Virus record (IMG/VR): IMGVR_UViG_3300031134_000007
Coordinates: 1 to 64,000 of that record
Strand: one strand, 5' to 3'
Source of the DNA: a virus
DNA length: 64,000 nucleotides
Each line of letters begins with the position of its first letter. Position 1 is the stretch's first letter. Below the pieces are notes generated by a model. That model saw nothing but the letters and a program-made list of their open reading frames with translations. It made no database searches and was not told the origin of the DNA. Below, one piece after another: positions 47,198 to 57,500 of the stretch. The translations under genes and the position numbers were made by a program.

Positions 47198-48280
47198 TTA
47201 AAACTGTTTACCAGTACACGGGTCGTAATGATGACCACCGATCGGGTAACCTTGGTTAAGTTGCGGCTGGAAATGCATCTGCTGGGTAGTAGATACTGGA
47301 TCCATGTGCGGCATACCGTTGGCGGCATCCGTTGCAGGGTGACCGGTAGGTATTCCTGGGTTACCAAACTGCATTGGACTAAGTGGCGAACTACCCGCAC
47401 CAAACATCGGAAAATTCATCCCGCCCATCATTGGTTGCTGAGGCTGTTTTGCAGCCATCGCTTCAGACTCTTCAATAAAGAGGTTAATGAATGCCGGAGA
47501 GAAGCCAGCGCGGTCAAACGCCAATACATGCTGAACCAGATGCTGATTGGTAATGACTTTATCGCCGTAGTGGTATTCTGTTTCCTGTGCTTGGAACTGC
47601 GTCGTCATGTACGCGTACTGACCGGTGCGCACCTGTTCGAAAGTTCTGACGAGATGTTCATCAGCTTTGAACAGCCGAGACTGACGAAGCGACGCGCCCA
47701 ACTCCATGTTCATCAGAGTTTGCTTAACAGTGATGGTGTTATCGAGCACTTTCCAGATGCGATTATAATCACAGCAATGTGCACGACAATGCGTTTTCAC
47801 TTCACCGTTTGCACGGTACAACCCTTTTGACAACATCCACTCAGCCATTTTAACACGATCATCAATAACGATGTGCGCCAGGTTAGGTGCGCCAGGTGGT
47901 GTCAGCAGTTGACGAAATACTTGCTGGACCACTGCATGTTCTGCATTGGCTTCGGTGTTGCCTTCCATACCCAGGATGTTAATGCCGAGACGTGGTCGTT
48001 CAGCCGTACCAAATGCTGTTCCTAAAACTGATGACCCAATACCGATGCTTAAGAACGGTGTGTCTTCACCCAACGGGTAGAAGCTTGCCACCCATTCGCC
48101 GTGCAATGTGTTTTCATCACAGTCCTGGCCGTAGATGACTGGCTTTTCGTCATACTCTTCCGAGACCAGCTCAACAACCATCTTAGACGCATCATCGAAC
48201 TCTGCTTTGTATTGCGTGCAGATGAAGTTCTTTTCGTTGACTGGGGATTTGATCAGGGACGTAGTTAAGTTAAGACTCAT
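47198..48280 (-). CDS. Hypothetical protein with P/Q/G/M low-complexity C-terminus
   Basis: 360 aa with AGGA RBS. Confidence 0.7.
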   Translation of the reverse strand: MSLNLTTSLIKSPVNEKNFICTQYKAEFDDASKMVVELVSEEYDEKPVIYGQDCDENTLHGEWVASFYPLGEDTPFLSIGIGSSVLGTAFGTAERPRLGINILGMEGNTEANAEHAVVQQVFRQLLTPPGAPNLAHIVIDDRVKMAEWMLSKGLYRANGEVKTHCRAHCCDYNRIWKVLDNTITVKQTLMNMELGASLRQSRLFKADEHLVRTFEQVRTGQYAYMTTQFQAQETEYHYGDKVITNQHLVQHVLAFDRAGFSPAFINLFIEESEAMAAKQPQQPMMGGMNFPMFGAGSSPLSPMQFGNPGIPTGHPATDAANGMPHMDPVSTTQQMHFQPQLNQGYPIGGHHYDPCTGKQF

Positions 48281-48502
48281 GTTTCAGTTTCCTATCTATT
48301 GGCATTCTTTCTGAATGCAAGGTTTTGAAACTGTCGCGAAATACGACAGTAGATAAGAGCCGGTTTCCGGACCAGCCCTTAGATTACTGTCTATTTTTGG
48401 AATGTCTTGCAGGACACAGTCCGAGTTGACCCAAGCGGGTTAAATGGAATTGTGTTTGGCTGAGCGGGTGTCTAGGCCGCTCAGTGTGTTACAGGGTAGA
48501 AC

Positions 48503-48961
48503 TTACTTCGCACCACCGGTCAGGAGGTCGTCAGCCATTGCACGAACGTGCTTCACGGCCGCAGCGAGTTCGCCACGGTTCGTACCAGCGGCGTTGGCCG
48601 TGTAGGAGCTGATGACGTGACCGTTGATGGTCTGTTTGCCGTGCTGGTATTCACGCACGATATCGGTGGCAATGGTGTCCGAACCCACTGACAGCGAGGT
48701 AGAGATTTGAGACAGCGCGGTGTTGTTCTGCATCACTGGCAGACCGAGTTCACCGAGTGCCACTGCCTGTGCAGCCATGACTGCGCTGTCGTGGCTCTGG
48801 AACTGTTTGCGCTGATCGATAGTCAGACCTTCTGGCAGATTCTTCTCATACCAGTCCGGTGCGGTCACAGCCACGCCGTTGTCGCCCATGGTCATTGCTG
48901 CTTTCAGGGAGTCAGCCAGAGTACGGGTGGTGGCTTTGATTTCTTTTGACATGTCGAACAT
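48503..48961 (-). CDS. Early, probably highly expressed hypothetical protein
   Basis: About 149-152 aa, strong codon bias, first gene after the early promoter. Confidence 0.7.
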   Translation of the reverse strand: MFDMSKEIKATTRTLADSLKAAMTMGDNGVAVTAPDWYEKNLPEGLTIDQRKQFQSHDSAVMAAQAVALGELGLPVMQNNTALSQISTSLSVGSDTIATDIVREYQHGKQTINGHVISSYTANAAGTNRGELAAAVKHVRAMADDLLTGGAK

Positions 48962-49019
48962 CCTTCTGATGGGGTATGTGGTTTATATGTAAAGTGTTCT
49001 CTGCAGAGAATACACTAGA

Positions 49020-49027
49020 GTAATATA
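49020..49027 (-). promoter_or_regulatory. Early promoter core TATATTAC
   Basis: GTAATATAGGGTTCAAAAATCTTTGAA, near-identical to the chmA promoter. Confidence 0.75.
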
Positions 49028-49047
49028 GGGTTCAAAAATCTTTGAAC

Positions 49048-49215
49048 TCACTCGCCTGTAATAGGCCAGGTGCTCTGCAACTTCTCTGCAGCGTACGCCA
49101 TGGCTTTGGCGTGCAGCATTTTAGCATCAAGACCGCTGTAACGGTTATCAACGATAAAGGTTTCGTATGCGCTGTTAAAGACATCTAACATTGCTTCCGG
49201 AGATGGGCCACCCAT
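49048..49215 (-). CDS. Small hypothetical protein (55 aa, not in the ORF track)
   Basis: MGGPSPEAMLDVF...WPITGE, TAATG-coupled to the upstream gene. Confidence 0.45.
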   Translation of the reverse strand: MGGPSPEAMLDVFNSAYETFIVDNRYSGLDAKMLHAKAMAYAAEKLQSTWPITGE

Positions 49216-49760
49216 TACACTGCTCCTTCTGAATCAGACAACACCAACTCACCGTGGGATGCATTCATTGCCACCTGATGCGCCAGCAGAACCAGCATCT
49301 TCTGGTAACGTGCCTTGTTAGGTCGAGCATAACGACCACTGGTCAGTAGCGCGTTATTCAGCTCCAGCAGGTTAAGTGACGGGAAGTACACGATGTTGAT
49401 GAAGTTCAGGATATGGTGAATGGTCACCTCATCGCGGGTCAACGTATAGATCAGCTGACTGCGAAACGCGAGACCTACCTGAATCGGGGTGTGATTAAAC
49501 AACGGCCACAATACCACGCTATCCGAATCCTTCCCCAGCACGTATTCATTTACCCGTGCTAAGAACCCACCGATGATTTCACCCCGGGCATCTTTGTCTT
49601 TGGTTTCGGCTAGACGTGGAACCACGTTTTGGTATTCTTCGATAACGCGCATTGCGATGTCGCAGTAGCGAGGGAGAAAGGATTCGAGTTCCTTCATCGC
49701 CAGAAACGCACGAGCGACACTGTGCGGTGCATTAATAATCATGATCACTTCCTGGTTCAT
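49215..49760 (-). CDS. Hypothetical protein
   Basis: About 175-181 aa ORF. Confidence 0.6.
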   Translation of the reverse strand: MNQEVIMIINAPHSVARAFLAMKELESFLPRYCDIAMRVIEEYQNVVPRLAETKDKDARGEIIGGFLARVNEYVLGKDSDSVVLWPLFNHTPIQVGLAFRSQLIYTLTRDEVTIHHILNFINIVYFPSLNLLELNNALLTSGRYARPNKARYQKMLVLLAHQVAMNASHGELVLSDSEGAV

Positions 49761-49841
49761 TATTAGACATAAGAGTGGGGTGGTTGGTACGATAATACAC
49801 AGGCCGGCATAAGAGGCAGGGTTTCCCCTGCCCCGTATGTG

Positions 49842-50624
49842 TTACCAACGCAGTGAGGTCGGACGCAGAATCGGTGAGTTATCACCGGCTTCGTAATCGT
49901 TCATCATGATCTGCAGTGCCGTGGTGTCATTGAAATTAGACTCCAGGCCGTAACCCTGACCGCCAGCATTCTGACTGGTGATGATCTCGTTACGAATAAC
50001 CGCTGGATCGAACTGGTAGTCACCAAACGACTCCAGACCCGGGGAATGATACTTGGTGGCATTACGCACACCTGGCTCAGGCACCCAGTCCCACGTCACC
50101 AGCTCGTATACGTCTTTCTTCCACGCCATACCCATCATGGTATCGAGTGTCAGTGAACGCACAGAGAAGCAGGTGTCTTCGCTGGAGTTTTCCAGTGACG
50201 CTAACAGCTTGTCACCGATCGGACCACCCACAGGTTTGATTTCACCCAGCACCGCTACCATCTGCTCATTGCGGTGAGACTTGAAGTTGTTGAAATCAAG
50301 TTCTACACTACGGAGGTGCAACGCCCAGTTACTCATGTCGAGATAACGCAGACGGGAGAAGTACTGTTGCTGTGACATCCCCGGTTGAATCTTCGGATGG
50401 TCTTGCTCACCACGCAGGTGACCGCGTTCAATACGACGCATGAACGAGGAGGACTTTAAGAAGATCTCTTCCAGGTATTTGTTGAACGGGTAGTAGTTAC
50501 CGGATTCGTTATGGATGTTAAAGCCACCCAATACCACGGTCCAGTAACCGTCCCCGCTCGGCTTTAGCGTGCCGGCTTTATTTGTGCCACGTAACGTCTG
50601 GCACGAAAACGTAATGTTCGACAT
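49842..50624 (-). CDS. Prohead (capsid maturation) protease, phiKZ gp175 / SPN3US gp245-like
   Basis: LRGEQDHP (His), FSVRS (Ser) and TWDWVPEPG (Asp) motifs; C-terminal GLES self-cleavage-like sites. Confidence 0.85.
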   Translation of the reverse strand: MSNITFSCQTLRGTNKAGTLKPSGDGYWTVVLGGFNIHNESGNYYPFNKYLEEIFLKSSSFMRRIERGHLRGEQDHPKIQPGMSQQQYFSRLRYLDMSNWALHLRSVELDFNNFKSHRNEQMVAVLGEIKPVGGPIGDKLLASLENSSEDTCFSVRSLTLDTMMGMAWKKDVYELVTWDWVPEPGVRNATKYHSPGLESFGDYQFDPAVIRNEIITSQNAGGQGYGLESNFNDTTALQIMMNDYEAGDNSPILRPTSLRW

Positions 50625-50636
50625 ACGACGTTCCTT

Positions 50637-51356
50637 TTACGAATCAGTTAACCCCAGATTACCGGCACCGAGCTTCTTGTGAGAAGAGTATTCGCCGCTG
50701 GTAATAGGAAGCACGATGATATCTTGGGGGTTACGCAGATCCATTGCTTCGAACCAGTTGTTGTAAATCAGTTTGTAATACCCAGCACGCAATACCGTTG
50801 ATTTGTTCAGCGGCAGCATGTTCCCTTCAGCAATTCGGACGTATGCCTTCACCACCACCTTACGGGGCAGCTTTGCATCACTGGTGGCTTCACGCCCCAC
50901 CTTCGTAAAGAAGATCTCACCAATTGGTGTTGCCGGATAACGCACATGTGCTTTGTTGTACGGTACCAGCCAAACTTCTTCCGTGGAATCCGCATCGCCC
51001 AGGATTTTCTTATTGGGCTTCAAGGCCACTTCATAGTTGATCGCGTAGATCTTCCACCCACCCGACCACTTTTCCGCATCCATTTGTTCCCAGTCGTACA
51101 ACGCCGAACTGTACCCAGACAAACAACCGTTCAAGGTGCCCGCTGTAGAAACACGAGGAACAGAACGGTCCTCCCGATTCATAGTGCGACGCGATACACG
51201 CGGTTCAAATGACTTAAGGCTGTTGTTGGTACTAATGTGGAACACCACCCCCGACGAGTTCGCCGGGGTAAGAATGTCGACATTGTTACCGATGGTATTT
51301 GGCCAATACTCCAAAAACCGACGCATATCCTGCAGGTCAGTGTTATTGTCCACCAT
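50637..51356 (-). CDS. Hypothetical protein, possible ADP-ribosyltransferase-like fold
   Basis: FHIS...FEPR...PRVSTA...IYAI...TEEVWL pattern; fold assignment is inference. Confidence 0.5.
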   Translation of the reverse strand: MVDNNTDLQDMRRFLEYWPNTIGNNVDILTPANSSGVVFHISTNNSLKSFEPRVSRRTMNREDRSVPRVSTAGTLNGCLSGYSSALYDWEQMDAEKWSGGWKIYAINYEVALKPNKKILGDADSTEEVWLVPYNKAHVRYPATPIGEIFFTKVGREATSDAKLPRKVVVKAYVRIAEGNMLPLNKSTVLRAGYYKLIYNNWFEAMDLRNPQDIIVLPITSGEYSSHKKLGAGNLGLTDS

Positions 51357-52081
51357 TAGCTCCTCAGCAAGGCTTCTACGCCTTCCACACGATCTGACGG
51401 GTTAATCAATGCAGAAACCACACCATCCTGGAAGTAACTACCAATCAGTTTCGCCACCGTATTCGTTGACGTTACAGCTGGGTTACGCAACCCCACAATG
51501 GTAGGCGGTTTCTTGTACACGTCGGCCAGTGCCTGCGGTACATTACGGTACTGTTTGTTCAGATCTTCAGGGTCACGGGAAATAATGTTAATGATGGTTT
51601 CGAACACTTGCGGGTTCGCACCCATCTTAAAGCCCGCGTACTTCGGTGCCAGATGGAAACACTTCGCCAGGTCAAACAAACTCCACCCATACGGCGCATT
51701 GCCGTTGATGATGAGTTCGTTAAACAAAGGAGGAATGCAACTGTCCGTTTTCGGAATCCAGGTGGTTTCGAATACCGTGCTACCGGGTGCAAACGACAAC
51801 TCATAGTACGGGTTCCCGTCCAGCTTCACCTGACGCACTTCGGTCGGGGTCAAGATCATGATAGCCGGTACCAGGGTTGCACAATAGAAACCACTGTCCG
51901 TTGCCATCACGAACTCACCCACTGACCAGCAGGTTTCACCAACGTTCGCTAACCCTTTGTTAACGTAACGCTGAGGGATGTAGACTTTACACCCCTCACG
52001 GCAAACAACCGAACTGTCGTCAAGTTTGACCAGATTGGCACGGACCTTGTCCCGGTTACGTGTTAAAGATGACAGGTCCAT
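51356..52081 (-). CDS. Virion RNA polymerase beta'-like C-terminal subunit (phiKZ gp176 / SPN3US gp244-like)
   Basis: 241 aa; C-terminal VGLRNPAVTSTNTVAKLIGSYF resembles the beta' C-terminal region; synteny. Confidence 0.65.
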   Translation of the reverse strand: MDLSSLTRNRDKVRANLVKLDDSSVVCREGCKVYIPQRYVNKGLANVGETCWSVGEFVMATDSGFYCATLVPAIMILTPTEVRQVKLDGNPYYELSFAPGSTVFETTWIPKTDSCIPPLFNELIINGNAPYGWSLFDLAKCFHLAPKYAGFKMGANPQVFETIINIISRDPEDLNKQYRNVPQALADVYKKPPTIVGLRNPAVTSTNTVAKLIGSYFQDGVVSALINPSDRVEGVEALLRS

Positions 52082-52090
52082 GGGTTACCC

Positions 52091-53617
52091 TTACGATTGG
52101 AAGTTGTAGTAAACGTCGTTCATCAGTGATTTGATGACCATATCCATAACGACATGCGACGCGATGGCTTTTGGTGACAGTGTCTGATCCGGGTAGTTGT
52201 TCATTGCAGTAATGAACTCATCCACACGCAGGCGGCAATAGATGAATGACGCGAAGACGTAGGTGATGACCTTGTCCAGGTTGTCGCTGGTGTTAACCGG
52301 CAGTCCACTGGCCAGGTAATTCTGAATGTCGCGGATCATGTCTTGCTTGGTGCAGTCCGGGTTGATTTTAGCCCAGTAATCCTGGTCGATGTTCACCACG
52401 TGCTTAATCGCCGCTTTGGTCAGCGCTTCCATGGTGAAACGGTGTTTGCTCGACACCGCCATACCGGTGTAGGTACTCACCACGTTGTTGTACGCCGCTT
52501 CGTACTGCGGACGCATTTCCAGAATGGTACGACCAGACACCTGACGCTGAGAGAACACGTTACCAATGATGGCTTCAATCGACCCGCCTTCTTGCAGGTA
52601 CCATTTATGTACATCACCGTTCAGCAGGATGTTGTCGGTTTTCTGACCCAGCTGCCAGTTGCGAACAATTGGCATGTTGATGATCAGGGTTTTGTTTTCC
52701 ACCGCAGCCACACGTGCACGGTAAACACGACCGATCACTTTACCGAAGTGGGCTTTGAACGCAGAGATTGCCAGGTTGTACGTTGGCAGGTCCATACCCC
52801 ACTGCACGCCTGCCACTGGATTGTCATACAGGGCGTTGGCTAACAGGAAGCCAGACAGAATCGCGTCGTAACCTTTACGGGTATCCAGAGCATCGCCCAG
52901 GGTACCGGCATTCAGCACACGACCGTTGCCGCTATTACCGAGCATGCGGCTCAGGAAACGGAAGTCATCAGAATCAGACACCGGCTGACCCTGGAACCAG
53001 ATTTGCCAGATGGCAGACAGGTGGCCCGGGATCTCTTTGTCTTCACGTGCAATAAAGTCACGCACTTCCTGAGAACCCGAATTCACCAGCGCGTGCAGTT
53101 GCTCATCGCTGAGGGTCGGCAGTGAAACAGAAGGCATACCAACCAGATCGACTTTGTCGTACTGGGTAGCAATACCGTCAACCAACGCACCGGCCCACAG
53201 TGGGTCGTAGTTATACACATCGACCTCAGGAATGATCGAGCGCGCTTGTGCGTTATCGGCCACGTACTGGTCAATGTATTCACGCGTGGCATTGATCGCC
53301 GGAATAACCACTTCACGTGCGTTGGTGATCATGCCCTTCACGCCGGCTGCAATACACTGCGCCGCACGTGCCTGAACAAAGCCGTGTTCAGAAGGCAGAA
53401 TGATAGGCAGGTTTTCAGAATCACGACGACCTGTGTCAACCGGAGAGGACACCGCCATCAGGGTTTCTGCAACAGTGGCGTCATCAGCGTGCAGGGTTGC
53501 ACTCGCCATGGTCAGGTTTCCAATCGGTGAACCTGCACAGGTTTCCAAACGGATATTGCGTTCGGAGAGCATTTCAGCAAGCGGCATAATAGCCGTTACT
53601 ACTTGTTTCTTCAGCAT
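52091..53617 (-). CDS. Virion head protein (phiKZ gp177 / SPN3US gp243-like)
   Basis: 508 aa; synteny within the vRNAP cluster. Confidence 0.6.
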   Translation of the reverse strand: MLKKQVVTAIMPLAEMLSERNIRLETCAGSPIGNLTMASATLHADDATVAETLMAVSSPVDTGRRDSENLPIILPSEHGFVQARAAQCIAAGVKGMITNAREVVIPAINATREYIDQYVADNAQARSIIPEVDVYNYDPLWAGALVDGIATQYDKVDLVGMPSVSLPTLSDEQLHALVNSGSQEVRDFIAREDKEIPGHLSAIWQIWFQGQPVSDSDDFRFLSRMLGNSGNGRVLNAGTLGDALDTRKGYDAILSGFLLANALYDNPVAGVQWGMDLPTYNLAISAFKAHFGKVIGRVYRARVAAVENKTLIINMPIVRNWQLGQKTDNILLNGDVHKWYLQEGGSIEAIIGNVFSQRQVSGRTILEMRPQYEAAYNNVVSTYTGMAVSSKHRFTMEALTKAAIKHVVNIDQDYWAKINPDCTKQDMIRDIQNYLASGLPVNTSDNLDKVITYVFASFIYCRLRVDEFITAMNNYPDQTLSPKAIASHVVMDMVIKSLMNDVYYNFQS

Positions 53618-53629
53618 GACGCGTCCTTA

Positions 53630-53827
53630 TTAAACAGCAGGGGCCGAGATCAGCAGTGGGGAAACGATGTTCTGCAGTTTAGCAGCCACCAGGTTAGGTA
53701 ATGCGTCTGGGTCGTTAACAACGCTGAGATCCGCAATTTCATTACCGCTGATGGCTTCCATTACTGCGCCAGTGGTTGCGACAATGTTTGCCAGAACGTT
53801 GGCGTTCTCATAAAGCTTCGTGGACAT
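53630..53827 (-). CDS. Small conserved protein (SPN3US gp242-like position)
   Basis: 65 aa with AAGGAG RBS. Confidence 0.55.
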   Translation of the reverse strand: MSTKLYENANVLANIVATTGAVMEAISGNEIADLSVVNDPDALPNLVAAKLQNIVSPLLISAPAV

Positions 53828-53874
53828 ACTCTCTCCTTAAAAGGACAGGAGGCGGTTTCCCACCTCCCATTAAA

Positions 53875-54558
53875 TTACAGCGGACGACGGAACTGTGGTT
53901 GCAGACCCCGCGCTAACTTCTCCAGCACTTTCCCCGCGGCTTCCGCTTTGGTGATGGCACCGTCTTTGTCAGCATCCAGGCCTTTGTTCTGCAGGTAAGT
54001 CGTAGGACGACCTTCTTTGGTCCACAGCACGAAGTTCTCAGGTTTGCCTACTGCGGCTGGCCACAAGATCTTCATGTAAAGGTCACTCACGGTCATGAGT
54101 TTACCGGTCAACGGTTTGAAGTACAGATACACGTACTCCAGCTGCTGTTCGGCTGTCATTTTCACGAGTGCTTCTACTGTGGTACCGCAGTCCGTTGCAG
54201 CCGCTTTGCCAAACTGAATGAGACCGTAATAAGGTGCGCCTGCGCCGTTCTTAATCGTCGGGCTGAAGGTTTCCCCAGTCTCAAACGCCATGCACGCCAT
54301 GAGCATGCTGGCACCACCTTCTGGCATCTTCAACTGCTGTGCCATGAGACGCACACGCGCAGAGAACGCCGGTGACACTTTTGCACTCCAGGCGATGTCA
54401 AGATCAAGACCACCCAGAGGCGCCAGTGGTTTACCGGCATTGATGTAAGCGGTTAGCGCACCTTGGGAACCGTTCCCCCAGATGCCATCAACAACACCGG
54501 TATAGAAACCGGCGTCTTTTAGCTGCTGCTGCAGACTACGGACTTTTTGCTCGTTCAC
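53875..54558 (-). CDS. Endolysin / lytic transglycosylase with N-terminal peptidoglycan-binding domain
   Basis: VRSLQQQL...Y.G.VDGIWG (PG_binding_1); MAFETG catalytic Glu; YGLIQF lysozyme-like motif. Confidence 0.8.
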   Translation of the reverse strand: MNEQKVRSLQQQLKDAGFYTGVVDGIWGNGSQGALTAYINAGKPLAPLGGLDLDIAWSAKVSPAFSARVRLMAQQLKMPEGGASMLMACMAFETGETFSPTIKNGAGAPYYGLIQFGKAAATDCGTTVEALVKMTAEQQLEYVYLYFKPLTGKLMTVSDLYMKILWPAAVGKPENFVLWTKEGRPTTYLQNKGLDADKDGAITKAEAAGKVLEKLARGLQPQFRRPL

Positions 54559-54561
54559 GAT

Positions 54562-57500
54562 TTACTCCTGCAGTGAATGGCGTAACTTGATTGCGTTTTT
54601 GGTCACCGTGTACAAGTAGGAGTTCATGGCACCGATGATGTACGGCGAGGTCACCATACGGTTCGCGATCGACAGGTTGGAGAAGATTGCTCCCACTTCC
54701 AGACCGTTGACCGTGGTGATGCGTTCGTCGTAGATGTAACCAAAGGTTGATTTCATCTGGTTGGCAAACACACCTTTATCACCGATAATGGTTGGCATAG
54801 GCACGATCAGGTAAACGTAGATCACCGCTTGTTTGTTCTCAAGCGTGTCACCACCAATACGCAGACCACCCATAACCTCACCGGTTTCCGCTTTACTGCC
54901 ACGCATCTGACGATTCAGTTTGCGGCGTTCGCGGTCAGACCGGTTAGCCACAATGGCCAGGGACTCCGACATGTCCTCAATGCTACCCCGATACAGCACC
55001 TCAATTTTTGCGACACGACCGGTAGCTTTCGCTTTCGGGTTGTCGTTGCCAAAGACACGAAGACCGTCGTAACTGCCGTCGTCATCCAGGCCAAGCTGGG
55101 CGCTCACCAGGTTCTCCAGGGTACATAAGATTGTTTCCTGATCGACTTCGTCACCGACCGTTACCAGGTTACGTACCTCTTGATCGAAGTTAACCAGAAT
55201 CGGAATTGGCTTACCGGTAAAGGTTGCCAGTTCCTTACCTACACCACGATAAATCATCGAGGAGTCTTCGTAGGTAAACTGATCTTCCATCAACGCTGTG
55301 TTGACCATCACCCCGCCTTTCCACGAGACCTGTGTAGGTTCCATGAAATCGCGCTCGAAGTAGTTGCGGTTCCAAACGATCACATGACCTTTCTTCACCG
55401 TGTCGCCCGCTTTCATATCGGTAACAATCTCATGCACATACATCGTACCTGAGGCTGACCCAAACCGTGTTCCGATTTCGACACCCACCACACGATCACC
55501 GTAATCAACCAGTACGTGCTTGTCGCTGACTTCTGTGATCACCCCATCCCCTTCTGCAGGGTAGGCAAAGATCTTGGTGACGCGGTGCGCCAGCATACGC
55601 TCAGCACCGGTACGGTACGGCGTAGTTTTGTATCCCACCGCATACATACCCTGGGAGTGCTGGACCGAGGTAAACATCACACGTTGTGGCGAATCACGGT
55701 CAGAGCCTGGGTTAAGCATGGCAGTAAAGGAGACCAAACTTGCTGGGTTGGTTTCATCGGTGGCAGCTTGAGCGTTTCCGCGCAGGTCTGTCAACAACGG
55801 ATCACCCACCATGTGTGCAGTGTAACCAACATCGGAGTTATCCACCGACGACTCAGAGACCACGCCCAGGTTATCAGGAATGAATTCACGAGTAGGTTTG
55901 GTCATGGAACGCGCAGTACGTCCGCCAGTACCACCAAAGGTGACTACCGAGTAATCCTTGGAGCTGTGGACGGGGTTGCACTCTTCGACCGGGGTGGTTG
56001 CAGTGTCGTCAAGCAACGCGTACCACACCGCATCCGGATGAAGTTCCAGTCCGGCTTTGGTAGCGACGGCTCGTGCTTTCAATTGACGGGTTGCTTTCAC
56101 CAGTTCATTGTACACCGCACCAGCCACACGCTCGGAACCACGCACACGTTGTTCACGCATTGAGGTCTCACGAATGTGTTGATCGTTTAGCAGCATCTTA
56201 ACCGCATGCAGCAGTAACAGATCCCAGCGGGTTGGCGCACCCATGCGTTTCAGTTCTTCACGCGTAATCGGGTCAATGAACATATCACGCATCAGATCGA
56301 GTTCACGCACCCAGCGCACACCCATACCAGCTGACGCCAGTAAGTTGGAGTACACGGATTTACGGTCAAAGTCGTAGCGGCTAAAACGCTGCACTTCTTT
56401 GTCGTAATAGTTGAACCCGTTCAGCAGCATCGCGGCAAAGCGGTCACTGCGGTTGAACACCAGCACCTCATCGTTAAAGGTAACGGTACGTTCATCCGCG
56501 GTCAGGTTAAGACGCTCACCACGCTGAGCAATACGAACCTGCAACTGCAGTTGTTCGATCATCACCGACAAGCCGTAGTAGTAGGCCAGAATCACACCCA
56601 CGGGAATGGCTTTACGGAAGACCTGCAGCTCCACAGTTTCCACCGGTGCTTTAGCGGCATCTAACCCTAAGAAGGTTTCGAAGTCACCCAGCTGTTCCAA
56701 TGAATCCCCGTTGGCCAGATACAGCGCACCCGAGTCATCCATCAGTACCGGGCTGCCTTGACGGTGTCCACAGATTGCCAGCTTGTTTGCGTAGTACCGA
56801 TCCCACAGCTCTTCACCAAACTGGGCTTTGATCTGTTTGATGGAGAACAGGAACGAGATACCCTGATAGTCGAACCCTTTATAGCGCTGAGAGATGACCG
56901 CGTACGTATGTGGCACCCGAACACTGGATACAAAGTAACGCCCAATCACCAGATTAGAAACCGGCGGCTCGTACGTTGAATCGCTTGGGTTAGCCAGTGA
57001 CATCAAGTTAATGCGGTTGCCCAGCCACTTACCGTAGTCATGCACCGCCTTCTCAGAACGGGTCATGAAGCTCTTACCGTAATAAGAGGTCATGGAGACT
57101 TTGGTAGAGGAGACTTTGCGAATCGGAATATCAACACGCTGTTTACGCACACGGCTCTTAACGTTATTCACCAACGTGGTGCCGTCTTCTTCGAGCTTTG
57201 GTACACGGAAACGAATCGTGCTGACCTTCCCACCCACGGGCTGCACTTGCACGGCATAGACGACATACGCGGTGACTGCATCCTGTTTCTCTTCGCGCTG
57301 GTAGTCGAGTACCGCTACACCTGCACCCATCACCGACATCACCGCGTTCGCAATGTCAGATTCCAGGACGTTGTTGATGTAGTTCTTGTCGAGGTTAACC
57401 AGACAAGTGGTCAGCATGCCTTTATTCAGGATACTGATTGAGTCAGGCGCCTCACCACCGGAGAGATCCGTCAACACTGTCGGGTCAATCTTCATCAGAT

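Noticed and set aside
55516-56163. 215-aa plus-strand ORF
   Set aside because: Antisense to the RNAP beta-like gene.
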